58,615 bases of DNA from Mitosporidium daphniae (lineage: Eukaryota). Positions 10,224-21,548 of the stretch are shown here, one piece after another (the stretch's first letter is position 1; the number at the start of each line of letters is the position of its first letter). The stretch covers positions 1 to 58,615 of the forward strand of contig NW_013546623.1 in the NCBI RefSeq assembly GCF_000760515.2, given 5' to 3'. The notes below the pieces were generated by a model that was given only the letters and a program-made list of their open reading frames with translations, did not search any database and was not told the DNA's origin. A program made the position numbers and the translations under genes.

Positions 10224-12613
10224 ATGAGCACCGATTTTGATAAGGGTCGTGTCTACTTTGCCGACATGATGAAGATGGGCGGGTCTGCCTCGCCCGCATC
10301 CATCGAAGCGCGGGCTGAAGCTGCAAAGCTAAAATTCCGCCGCTTTTTGGAACACTTTACCAATATGGAGGGCGAGTTCGTGTATCGCGAGCAGCTCCGG
10401 AAAAACGCCCAGATGCGGCGATATTTTCTTCCAGTGGAGATTGAGCATCTTATCGGCTATGACGAGACGCTAGCAATGGCTCTGCAGAGCAATCCAGTCG
10501 AAAATATTGAGGCTTTTGAGGCGGCTGCCAAGGAAATAGCTGCTGCGGCGGCGCAGGACGATGCTCCAGTGTACGTTCAAATTGAAATCAGGTCTCAAAG
10601 CATGGAGCCTATGGGGCTACGCACCTTGGAGGTGGGATTTGTGTTATACTTTACCTTGCAGGCATCTAAAATAGGAAAGCTCGTCCGTATTGCGGGAATC
10701 ATAGTAACGGCCTCTGCACCGATGGCGCGACCTATTTCACTGACCATTGCCTGTAAAGTGTGTCTGGTTATGCGAACCATAACTACAGGAATAGCATCGC
10801 TCAACGGTACGCAAGCACTACCGCGGACATGTCCAACAGGGTCCGCCTGTGGGCTCGATCCTTGGGTGGTTTTCCCAGAGCGCTCCAGTTGCGTCGATCA
10901 GCAGTCTCTCAAGCTACAAGAGCTGCCCGAAAGTGTGCCAGTTGGCGAGCTTCCACGCCACATTTTGGTGATCGCAGATCGCGAACATGTAGGCAAGACA
11001 GCACCAGGGAAGCGCGTACTGATAACGGGGATCTATTGCACCTCTGGAGCTCCAAAGGGAGGCGGTGTTGCCCTTCGCTTTCCGTTTGTCAAGGTGGTGG
11101 GGATGGAGCCAATTCAGGGCGGTGGTGACAGCCATTCTGTACCCTCTCCCCTGTGGACAACAGATGTCGAAGCAGAAGCACGACGGATGGTTGCCTTTTC
11201 GCGAACGCCGAACATCTATGAACACATCTCACGTTCGATTGCGCCATCGCTTTTTGGACACGAAGAGATCAAAAAAAGCATTGCATGTCTGTTATTTGGT
11301 GGCACACGCAAATCGCTACCGGATCGCATGCGCATTCGTGGAGATATCAATGTGCTGATTTTGGGAGATCCCGGAACAGCCAAATCGCAGTTGCTAAAAG
11401 TTGTGGAGCGAATTGCGCCCATTGCCATCTACACGTCCGGGAAAGGATCGTCTGCAGCTGGTCTGACGGCCACTGTGGTGCGAGATACGCAGCATCAGGG
11501 GAGTGGGGAGTTCTACCTTGAAGGTGGTGCAATGGTTCTTGCAGATGGTGGCATTGTGTGCATCGACGAATTTGATAAGATGCGTGAAGAAGACCGCGTT
11601 GCCATCCATGAGGCAATGGAGCAGCAGACAATTTCGATTGCCAAGGCGGGCATTACCACCATCCTCAATGCGCGCACATCAGTGCTTGCTGCCGCTAATC
11701 CTGCGTTTGGCCGATACGACGAGACGCGTGCCCCTGGAGAGGTAACATGGCACAAAATGCTTCAAGTCGCACCACATGAAATTCGTTTCGATTTTCAAGC
11801 GCTTCACCTTTATTGTCTTCTCCCTGCTTTTGTGGATGTGATTTTTTATCCCTAGAATATCGACTTTTCGACCACAATTTTGTCGCGTTTTGACATGATA
11901 TTCATCGTGAAGGATGAACACTCCGTCTCTCGTGATACGACGCTAGCACGGCATGTGGTGGGGATACACATGACGGCAACAGGCTCCGGGTCTGCCCCTA
12001 TGGAGATGGCCGAGGAGGAAGCCTATGGAGACCCTTCTTCTGAACTGGTCGAACCAGAATTTCTTCGCTCGTATATTGCTTTTTGTCGGGCGTAAGTTTG
12101 CTTTTTCACGGTAGGAGGTGCACCCCAAGGCTTTCGCAAGGCGCAGCTGCACTACTGATAGACTACTATGTGCGCATGCGCTCTGAAGTCCACGAAATGG
12201 AGGTGGCCATGGAGGAGCGGTCCTCCATCCCTATCACAGTGCGCCAGTTGGAGGCAATTGTACGTATTGCCGAATCTTTGGCAAAAATGGAGCTTTTAGA
12301 TAGAGCCACGGAGGCGCATGTTAGCGAGGCAATCCGCCTCTTCCGAATCTCAACTTTGAATGCTGTGCATGCTGGCCATGGTGGCGAAGCGATGCCGGCC
12401 ACTCTTATTGCGGAAATTGAGCGTGTCGAGCGAGCCATCAAACAGAGACTTCCGCTTGGCTCGTCCGTCGCCTATGCCTCGCTTTTACGAGAGCTTGTTT
12501 CGGTGAAGCGATTTTCAGAGCCAGCAGTGCTGCGTGCAATTGATGCCCTTGTGGCGCAAGAAACGCTGCTTTGGCGTACCCAGCGTCGTGTGATCGTGCG
12601 AGCCAACCCCTGA
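10224..12613 (+). CDS. MCM5: DNA replication licensing factor MCM5, spliced
   Basis: RGDINVLILGDPGTAKSQLLK, YTSGKGSSAAGLTA, IDEFDKMREEDRVAIHEAMEQQTISIAKAG, SRFD and SIPITVRQLEAIVRIAESLAKM; introns near 10632-10661, 11742-11856 and 12092-12114. Confidence 0.95.
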
Positions 12614-14324
12614 TCTCCGATAAAGCCTAATGAATTTTATCGCTGTCAATTGTAATTAATATCCAACCGGCTACCAGTGGGATGTCCGATCTCCTTATAG
12701 CTGGCAGGATTTGTCGTAATCAGCGCGGCAAAGTGTGCAGTGCTTTCAACATTTAGCGAATTTTGCTGTGGTACCTTTGCAGAAAACTCGAGCGAATGTG
12801 AGCGCTCTATTCTCAACTCAATCAAGAGGCCTTTGAAGTCTCAAAAAGACCAGCGTAAAATTTATAGGTATCAATAGGACCCCGCACAAACCGAAAATTG
12901 CCGAAAGCACACTATAAAGCTTCATTCATACCACTTATGCACTCATAGGTAAGACGCCATGTCTACGATGCCCATATTCTGCGACTGGCCTCTTTTGAGC
13001 GGAGATGATTCCTCACAATCTGAAGTGACCGATGCTTTGTTTTCATTCGATCCAAAATTTAGGGTTTCAATCCGCTTTCTTCAACGTGTGACGCATGCGA
13101 GTCAACACTTAAAAGACTCACTTCGTATGGCCCCGATTATCGGTTTTGCACGCCCAGCAACACCGGATCCAGAGGGGTAAAATCCAGCCCTAATCTAACT
13201 AGAGCTGGTCCAAAATGTATTTCAAATATTCTGTACATTATGCGTGCAGTAGATGCGACTGCTGTCTCGCAGCCTTTGCTTGCTCACTTCAAGTAAATCT
13301 TGAACCCAAATCGGATCTGACCCAGTATGAGCATAGGGTTAGGGTCAAGCTTAGGATCAAGTTTTCTGGAACCTGGAACGAATGGCTAGCATCTATCGAA
13401 GTTTCTGTGACGCTTGATCGTGCATCATGTCATCGCCAGGGAGCCTTTATTTTTTGGGTGCTATTATAATTCTAACCCTAAATTTCAAAGCATAAATAAC
13501 AAGCCAAGAATGCAAATGCTAGAAGTAACCTCCAAAATCAGGAAAAGTCATTGATCTCTAAACGCCCAAACTTGACTTCCGATGGATGAATTTTTTTATT
13601 GCATTACGAAACAAACGCAATCAGAGGTTGGGCTTTTATGTGCAAACTTGGGCATATTTATGCTTTTTGTATGTGATGCATCAGTAATCAAGACACTTTT
13701 GATGATCTTAAAGCCCATTTTGGGGCGATTTTAGACATCCAGAAGCAAAAGGAAAGTGTAAGATTTGTAAGCCATGTTTTGGGCCACCCAGATCTTGTTA
13801 ACAACATGGAAATGAGAACAAACAACTACGTAGCTTAGATTGCCCAGGTGATTTTCCAGCCCTCGAGATAAAACTGTACACTGGACATTGAAATAAATAA
13901 GTCGACCATTATGGCCCACACCCTATCCTGTTGCTAGTACGAGAAAGAATCAAAATGCAAAAGGCTGTCATTGTCAAGGCATCGGGAAGACAGATGTTAT
14001 CTTCTAGAATAAATATGCCGTAATAAAAGCGCATTTATGGCCACTCTGGAGAGACCAGACCAACAACCCCACTTATTTAGCTACGCGTTCATTTCATGGC
14101 AATAGCCGTTATCAGCCTGGCTACCGTGATAGCGACTCTCATATTCCAAACATTTCATTTTGGAAACAAACATGCATTTGCATTTGATTGGTCTACTTTC
14201 ATGCGTTAAGATATGTTTTATTGTGGCAGTGGTTAGCTTTCCGGACGTTAATTTGCCACATCGTTATTTAGTAAATTTGACCTTCTGATTGGATGCAAAA
14301 GTCTCTGTGCAAAATGACCTATAA

Positions 14325-15350
14325 ATGTTGGCTTTTTTTAAAAAACTTTTTGCCTCGATGAATATCCAAAATTTTCGATTCCTCATAGCTCTTAGTGCTC
14401 TCATTGCATTTCTTCTTGTTCCAAAAATTTATGCTGTTCAAGAAGACACTGGTAAAGACAGCCATACATATCAACCGGTAAATAACTCTGGTGGACAAGA
14501 AAACAGCCCAACTGGTTATAAAAATGCATTGATGGGCAAGCTTTTTGAAATGTGGAAATCTCTTTGTAACAATCCTGCAATTTCTTATTTAATGAAAGGA
14601 CTTTTTGCTTATTGGAATCTTGAGCTTCTAGAAAATCAGAACCTATTCTTAAAAGTGCAAACTAGGTACTCTCCGCAAAATGGCTCCAAACTTCAGAGCT
14701 TATTTTATCATCTTGATAATTTTCTAATTAATACAAAGTCTGCTTATGAAAAGTATTACTGGATAGTTGAAAGCATCATGTGTACACAAATAGGCCTATA
14801 CGATGGTTCTTTGGCTTACTATGTTGTCCCCTGCTATTTCGTTTTGTTATCCAGTTTCTGGCTGGGAGATTTTAAATATTCGTTAAATTTTCAAACCTTG
14901 ATTTCTCGCTTCTTCAACATTTACATTTTGATAGTTTATTCCAGAAATTCCAAAAACACTGAAACCACCATCAAGACTTGGTTAAATCGTATATTTGGAG
15001 GTTCATTAATTTTATATTATGCTGCCTTTATCTCTCTCATATACCAATTTCAAACTGAAGATCTTATTAGCGGTTTATTTGTCATCATCGGCTTTATGAA
15101 CACCTGTTTTTCAATAAGTTATATAATAGGGTCAAATAAGGAATCTGAATCTAATAAAAAAAAGAAGGAATCTAAGCATAATGAAAAGGAAAATGCTGAT
15201 GCTCCTATGAAGACTACTGATCCTCAGAATAGTGATAGTACTGTTACTATTCCCGGTCAGCCTCCTTTTGCGGAGACTGACCTTTCTACCGAGGAAGAAC
15301 CCACAGATGAGTTAGGGCCTGGGTTTTTTCAGACTGATTTTAAATCCTAA
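14325..15350 (+). CDS. AT-rich orphan membrane protein (N-terminal hydrophobic segment, several TM segments, acidic tail), 341 aa
   Basis: Long intronless ORF, visibly more AT-rich than its neighbours; no family recognised. Confidence 0.65.
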   Translation: MLAFFKKLFASMNIQNFRFLIALSALIAFLLVPKIYAVQEDTGKDSHTYQPVNNSGGQENSPTGYKNALMGKLFEMWKSLCNNPAISYLMKGLFAYWNLELLENQNLFLKVQTRYSPQNGSKLQSLFYHLDNFLINTKSAYEKYYWIVESIMCTQIGLYDGSLAYYVVPCYFVLLSSFWLGDFKYSLNFQTLISRFFNIYILIVYSRNSKNTETTIKTWLNRIFGGSLILYYAAFISLIYQFQTEDLISGLFVIIGFMNTCFSISYIIGSNKESESNKKKKESKHNEKENADAPMKTTDPQNSDSTVTIPGQPPFAETDLSTEEEPTDELGPGFFQTDFKS

Positions 15351-16269
15351 ACCCTAACCCTGATAGTAGTTTTTATTAGTAATCACCCGATAAGTAAAAA
15401 ATAAAGCAGACCATTTTTATGGTTATAATGAACTCAGAAATCCATTACATCATTAAATAAGACTTATTTGTTGGGTAGATGACACTAATATTCTGTACAT
15501 TCCTTTTGGTATTTCAATTTTGAAATGGCAAGTGCACACCTGGGAATCAAAGGCTTGCGCATATGGAAAAGTCCGTTTAGGATCAACTTTATTTAGATGC
15601 AAAAATAGATCGGAAATGGTCCTATGCGGAGGAGCTATGTTTATTTACGGCTAGATCCATTTAGGGAATTCAAGACACGAACAGGCTTCGTGTGCAAAAT
15701 TCGCCTATTGACCAGTCCAAAAATAGTATCGCGAAAAGAAGCACGCTTTTCAAATAGGGTCAAAGTGCTTGCACAAATAGTGATTTGTAGTCCTAAATAG
15801 AGTTCACAACAAGATAGACGCTCCACCCCCAAAAGCCGTCAGGGATTCTGCTTGCTGTGTTTATCTAGTGGACCAATCTAGCTGAAAGAACGGAAAAAAC
15901 TTTCTCCTGGGCACCTGGTAATTTATTAATCAATTTAACCCAAATGGAGGCCTTCCGAAATTCATTCATATTTGGTGTTTTTTTCTGTTGAGAAAAGAAT
16001 GTTTCCAGGCCCCATATGGGCATGGAAAGCATTGCATTTATGAAGAAATGATCCTTTAAAGAGCATCCATATTCATCGCCACATTTCATATGTTGTTGAA
16101 AAGACATGTTCCCATTCTGGCATATGCAGGAACGGATTTTCTGCGTCGAAAGCTCTCCATTTATATCGGCTGAGAAACAGCCACTCGTACGTGTTATTAA
16201 TAATAAAATCTCTATCGACGAAAAGTGTTCAACTTGATCCTGAATTCTGTAAATTTTATTTACAAGCCG

Positions 16270-17418
16270 TCAAAAGGCCCAGAAGCGCAGCGTTTCATCC
16301 GCACCGCATGATAGGAGCTTGTGTGGAATGGTTGCCAAATGCAAAACTCGGCCAGAGTGGGCAGGGGATATCCTTTGGACCTCTCTCAACTGATGAAGAG
16401 GCGAATATTCCCAAATGCTGATATCTGCGACATTGGTTGTTCGTTCGTTTTCAGCAGCTGCCTCGTATCCGTGTGCAACTGCGAGGAGATTTCCCTGCCC
16501 ATACGGCGGGGAAAGCCATACTAAATGGGTTATCTGCGAGCCGGTATCTTTTTCGTAAAGTAGTGCTCCAGTTGTGCTGGCATCCCACAAGGCGATTCTG
16601 CGGTCAGATGTTCCGCCCCCAGAAGCAAGAATAGAATTGTCCAGCCAATTTAAGGCCTAAATCTTTAGCAAAGGTCGTTTCGTTACCTTAACAGCTGCCG
16701 AATGGTGAGAAATCTTGAACAGTGCACGTCCAATCCCAAGAGAATTAGCGCAAAGCATCCTCAGATCCCAAATTCCGATCGTATTGTCGTTTGACCCAGA
16801 TGCAAGCAACGAGCGATTGGGGGCCAATGACAATCCACATATTTCTTGGCAATGTATTGTGGAAGATAGACGAGACGCAGGCCTATTGGTCCGAAGATCA
16901 AAAAGAAGGACTTCTCCTGTCTCGGACCCGCTGAAAATGAGATTTTCGTTTAAAGTGGCCAGGGAAATGATCCTGGAGCTGGTCGTTTGCCATTCACAAA
17001 GGATTTGGACGGTGGAGGTGTCCCAAACGCGAATCCCTCCACCCTGCGCTCCGCTTGCCAATAGCCTTGAATTTTGTGGCGAGATAAATTTCACCGAAGT
17101 GACCATGTGGCGATTGTACCTTTCCATCTGGCAGAGGGCCTTGTTATCTGGATTGTAAATGTAAATCGAGGAAAGAAGCGCAACGGCTATTCTTGAGCAT
17201 CCGTCGTATTCACACCAGTCAATTGGGGATGAATAAAAATCGTCAATCAGCCCGGGGGCATCTAGAATCAGCTCGGGGCATTCCCCCACATTTTCGGTTT
17301 GCATGGCATTCCCATTGGGAAAAGTTACCCTTCGGACTGGAGGCGCCCGCCTCCAGTCGGTATTTCCTCTAAGAAGAGGAGGAGGATATTGACTGGGATG
17401 AATATTGGAGTCAATCAT
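16270..17418 (-). CDS. CDC20: Cdc20/Fizzy-family WD40 APC/C activator-like protein (2 exons)
   Basis: ILDAPGLIDDFY, HCQEICGL, LLASGSNDN, HSAAVK|ALNW...LASGGGTSDR, HSGRVLHLA, GADETLRFW; 30-nt intron near 16657-16686. Confidence 0.85.
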
Positions 17419-17740
17419 TCATCGTTTAATTTTATCGATGTCACGTCAGAAGTAATATGGAGTTCACAGTTGGCTTCATCTCGCGCACCAATAAAAAACG
17501 GGTGCTTTATTCAAACTCAATTTGACAGCAAACTTTAAATTTGAATTTTAAATTTGGTATGCGTCTGGTTAGCCCTAATCCGTGGGCAACTCACAGGAGC
17601 ATATGGACAATGGGGGTCGTTTGAAACCCCAAATCGACGCAATTTTATCTTTGCGCTGGTGTATTTCAAAGAAAGCTCAAATTTTGGTTACAGATTCTTT
17701 TAATTTCTTTACCCGCTCATTGTCAGTCATGTCGATTTCC

Positions 17741-18370
17741 TCATTGCACCGTGGAGTTGGAGCAACTAAAGTCAAATGGGATATATTTAGAGGCGCTTGG
17801 ACCGCCATAACCTTCCTGTGGCTGCAAGGTGCCAAACCCAGGAAAGTTGTATACTTGCAAAAATTTTCCGCAAGACGGTCCACAGGAGCTGGCGGGTTGA
17901 GTTGGGCCATTAATTGTGATATCGGCGCAATCCATGTAATACTCGCGGTTTCCAACCGCGTTAACCCACGCCCAGGAAAAGGTGCATTTTGAACACGGCG
18001 GTGCATCATCCGGAATTTTTACCGGCCAGGTATAGGATGAGTCTGGACATCCATATCTATACTCTGCAATAAGATAAAAATGGATGTCGTGGTCATAAGA
18101 AAGAGCAAATTGGCAAAGACCGCCGTGATGGCGGGCAGATCCTGTGAATGAAACATTGACGGTGTCCCCCGGATTGAAAGAGGCGACTGGACTTCCCGGA
18201 GGTTTTCCCTTGCACATAACCATTTCCTTAAGAGGCGCCATAAGATCATAGTCAACAGGCTTGTATAGATCGTTCTTGGTGTATCCGCGAGAAGGAGGAA
18301 ATGCCATGATCATGTGAGAGGAAATTGTTGCGCTACACAACAGTACCATCAATAAGATCTCCGGAATCAT
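17741..18370 (-). CDS. Secreted lytic polysaccharide monooxygenase, AA11-like (chitin-active)
   Basis: Signal peptide followed by His1 (SS|HMIMAFPPSR); second His in SARHHGGLCQFALSYD; CTFSWAWVNAVGNREYYMDCADI. Confidence 0.85.
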   Translation of the reverse strand: MIPEILLMVLLCSATISSHMIMAFPPSRGYTKNDLYKPVDYDLMAPLKEMVMCKGKPPGSPVASFNPGDTVNVSFTGSARHHGGLCQFALSYDHDIHFYLIAEYRYGCPDSSYTWPVKIPDDAPPCSKCTFSWAWVNAVGNREYYMDCADITINGPTQPASSCGPSCGKFLQVYNFPGFGTLQPQEGYGGPSASKYIPFDFSCSNSTVQ

Positions 18371-18589
18371 GGAAGAAAATGATTCATTAATTGTCCTTTT
18401 ATAGCAGGTACTGGAAATGGGGAGCATCAATCAAGATCATATGTCCATAAAGGGAATTTCTTTTGAAACCCCGACTTGAGCATTTTCAAAAGCCGAGTGT
18501 ATTGGATGCACCTACTGGCCATTGGATACTTAATTTTTAATCAAAATAAATTAGCTCATCATCTGCCACATATCTGGGCATGATGTTAA

Positions 18590-20123
18590 CTAATCGCTCA
18601 GCTGGGGCTCAATAGACAACGAGGCTTTTCTCCTGTTTTCAAAATAAGGGGATATCCTTCTTCTTTTAACCTCGCCTTCAGGAGCAGTCGGAACGGCTTT
18701 ATCGGCAGCATTAAAATTGTGGTGTTTGGACACCGGGCTTTGGGCTTCAACAAATTCGGGTTGAAGTAGCATGTTTTCCTTGTCACTATTTCCTGTGTCC
18801 AGATTTCGCTTGTCAATAGCTTCGTTCTTCATGATTGAAATGGCTGGCTTCAATGACAGCCTTGTCAGCCACGGAAGCTTGGTGGGTTTCTTTTTCTCTA
18901 AAGGCTCTTTTAAAACTTGGACGCCAAAAACATGCGCCTCCGTTGGAGCTGGCAAAATATTCAGTGTCTTTTTTGTGATCGGGCAAATTGCCCCGAGAGC
19001 AATCCCAGAAGCAATTTTGGGGTCCGTAATTGGCGGGCCAAGAAATTCCAGTCGACGCACCGGAAAGGGCCATTCTTCAAATGAGGAAGGCACAAACTCG
19101 GCGTCATTTGTGCAAAGGATATTGGCGAGATCCTGGGGGATCCAAGAGCTTGCCGAAAGGGCAGCTCCGATCGGCTCCAGGGTAACAATGGATTGCTTGC
19201 AAGGATCCCACACTCTTTGATGAGAAAAGGTCAAATCTGCCAAAATAAAGCCTTTTATGTAGGCCTCAATTGCCTGTTCGTCATAGTTGCTGGTGGGACT
19301 CCTTAGCGCCTTAAAAATAGCATCAATGGACCGGTTTGTCTGCATCAGGCGTATGGCCGTTCCCATGCCGACTTTTGGAAGAGAGGCCAAATAATCACAC
19401 CCAGAAAGGATGCAGGTTTGCCGAAACTGAAGATGGGAAAAGCCCTTGAACGAGGCGACTTTTGCAATGTCTTCTAGTTGAATCAAATCTCCAGTCCCAT
19501 CTGCGCCAAGCTTGAAGATCACCTAAAATCGTTACCACGCAGCTTTTGATACTTGGGGGCAGCCAAAAAGAAGCATATCTGAATCTTCACTGACCACAGC
19601 ATCTGCAAATCCATTTTTGACAAGAAAGGCCATTTGAGCATCGGCCTCATATGGCGCCACAATGTAGGCTATTTTTCTTGCTTGCAGCTCCACCGTAAGC
19701 TGGGCAACCATTTCAGGCGTCACATCGATGCAGCGATTGGCATATTCCCACGCCATACGACGATCTTTGCTTTTCAGTGCGCGAGTGACGACCTTTCTTG
19801 CCTCTTCCCTTTTTCTAAACATAAGCGAAAAGATTGGCTTACGATTTCCGCTCGGCCTCTTGGCCAGCCTTCATGGGCAAAGGACCTCCATCAAAAACAA
19901 AAATCGGAGTCACTCCAGCATCAAGAAACATGGAAAGCCTTTTAATGCAATATGTGACATGCGAGCTAACATCCTTGCCCTCGAAAATGGCTAGACCTGA
20001 CCCATATACGCCCTTGTGTATCCAAGAGTAGCCGTCAATGGCAACGGTCTTTCCGGAAAAATCCCGCAAGTGCGTTTTTTTGGTGATGGGCTTCAATAAT
20101 GGCAACAACCCAGAGATTCCCAT
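18590..20123 (-). CDS. EXO1: Exonuclease 1 (XPG/FEN1 family), 3 exons
   Basis: MGISGLLPLLK, VAIDGYSWIHKG, FVFDGGPLPMK, VAPYEADAQMAFL, SEDSDML, CILSGCDYLASL. Confidence 0.95.
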
Positions 20124-20191
20124 AAAATTTTACATTAGGGTTGAATGGTTGAATCAATCATGCATCAGTCGCTTTTCCTTTTTGAATATCA

Positions 20192-21548
20192 ATGAAAGAA
20201 CCCTCCTCGCCATTGGCTTTGCATGGACATCCCTGTTTGGATTTGCAAACTGATTTTGGTGCAAAGGAATCAGAGGTCGTCGCGCTTTCACCTCCGATTT
20301 CAATTATCCACTCATCCGACAACGGGGAATGTTCTACTTTTTCTCCAAGACAGCTTCTCAAGAGGGAGTTGATAAAAACGGCGTTTATTCTGGCCCTTAC
20401 GTTTCTCTGTGTATATCTAATGATGCTGGAAATGGTGTTTATTGACAATCGATCGCTTGATTATGTTTATGGCGTCACGCTACCATCCCAGTGGCTATCC
20501 TTTGCTGAAGCAGTGGCAAAGGTAAATGCAGCCACTAATGACGAAGGCCCATTTCCAATTGCATTGGTAAGGCCTAGCTTTGGTGGCGTTGGATACGAAA
20601 CGGTTTTTAATTCATTTCCTTCTGAAATGAATATTTCCTCCGTGTACAATGGAGGCATCCTGCTTCCAATGGATGTTGTTATCAGCACAACGCAAAATAT
20701 GTACATCGAATGGCGTGTGGTGGCCGATACTCTTGCTGCTATCCTGCTTGTGCTTACAATGGTCTTTATACTTGCGGTTCCTTTTCTTTGGAGACGGAAG
20801 GTTAAAGAAAATTTCGTTTCAAGCCTCGTTTTGTTTAGAAGGCTCGCGGCCGTTATCGGATTGAATTATTTTTTCAGGTATTTAGACTGCTATTTTTCCC
20901 GTTAGAGGCCTTGTGTTGGGCTTGACAATTCTGCCACCGGGATCCCTTGCTTGTGTGCCAAAGCTACGCTACACGTTGTGGGAGAAGCTCATGGCGCCTA
21001 TTCTGCTAATGGCTGGCTTTGAGGTGTGTTGCTACGATTTCATGTACTCTGGACATACGTCACTTACCACTGTGTTGGTGTGGTTCTGGATCTTATACTT
21101 TCCCGGCGTGTTTGTCAACTTTAAACCGCGCAGGGTAGTTATTACGCTGTGCGTGGGGCTTTTTGGCGCCCTATTGGTTTTTTTGATGATTTTCTCATTG
21201 ACCATTTCTCGGCTTCACTATTCCATTGACGTCGCGCTCGGGCTGTTTATTGGCTCTGCCGCGTTTTGGTCGTGGCATACTACACTTTGTTTGTATCAAT
21301 ACCAGCGAATGCTAAACATCGAAGAGCCCGGTAGGAACCGCGCATTCAACTGGATTGTTAGATTGGTTGGCTGGATGGATGGGATCGAAAAAGAGCTTCT
21401 ACCATCTTGCCTTCCACAAGATAATATTACAACTCAAGAGCGGTTTATTATTCACGTAGCAGGCGAAAAGGAGCTGCGCGCAATTGCCAATTCATCGGCT
21501 ACGTCAAGAATGGCATCAAGTGCAAAGTCGAGATCCTCTTTGGAGTGA
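20192..21548 (+). CDS. Sphingomyelin/IPC synthase-like (PAP2-type) membrane enzyme, 2 exons
   Basis: LTILP, CCYDFMYSGHT and SRLHYSIDV motifs with an intact His/His/Asp triad; multiple TM segments; intron near 20878-20905. Confidence 0.85.
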
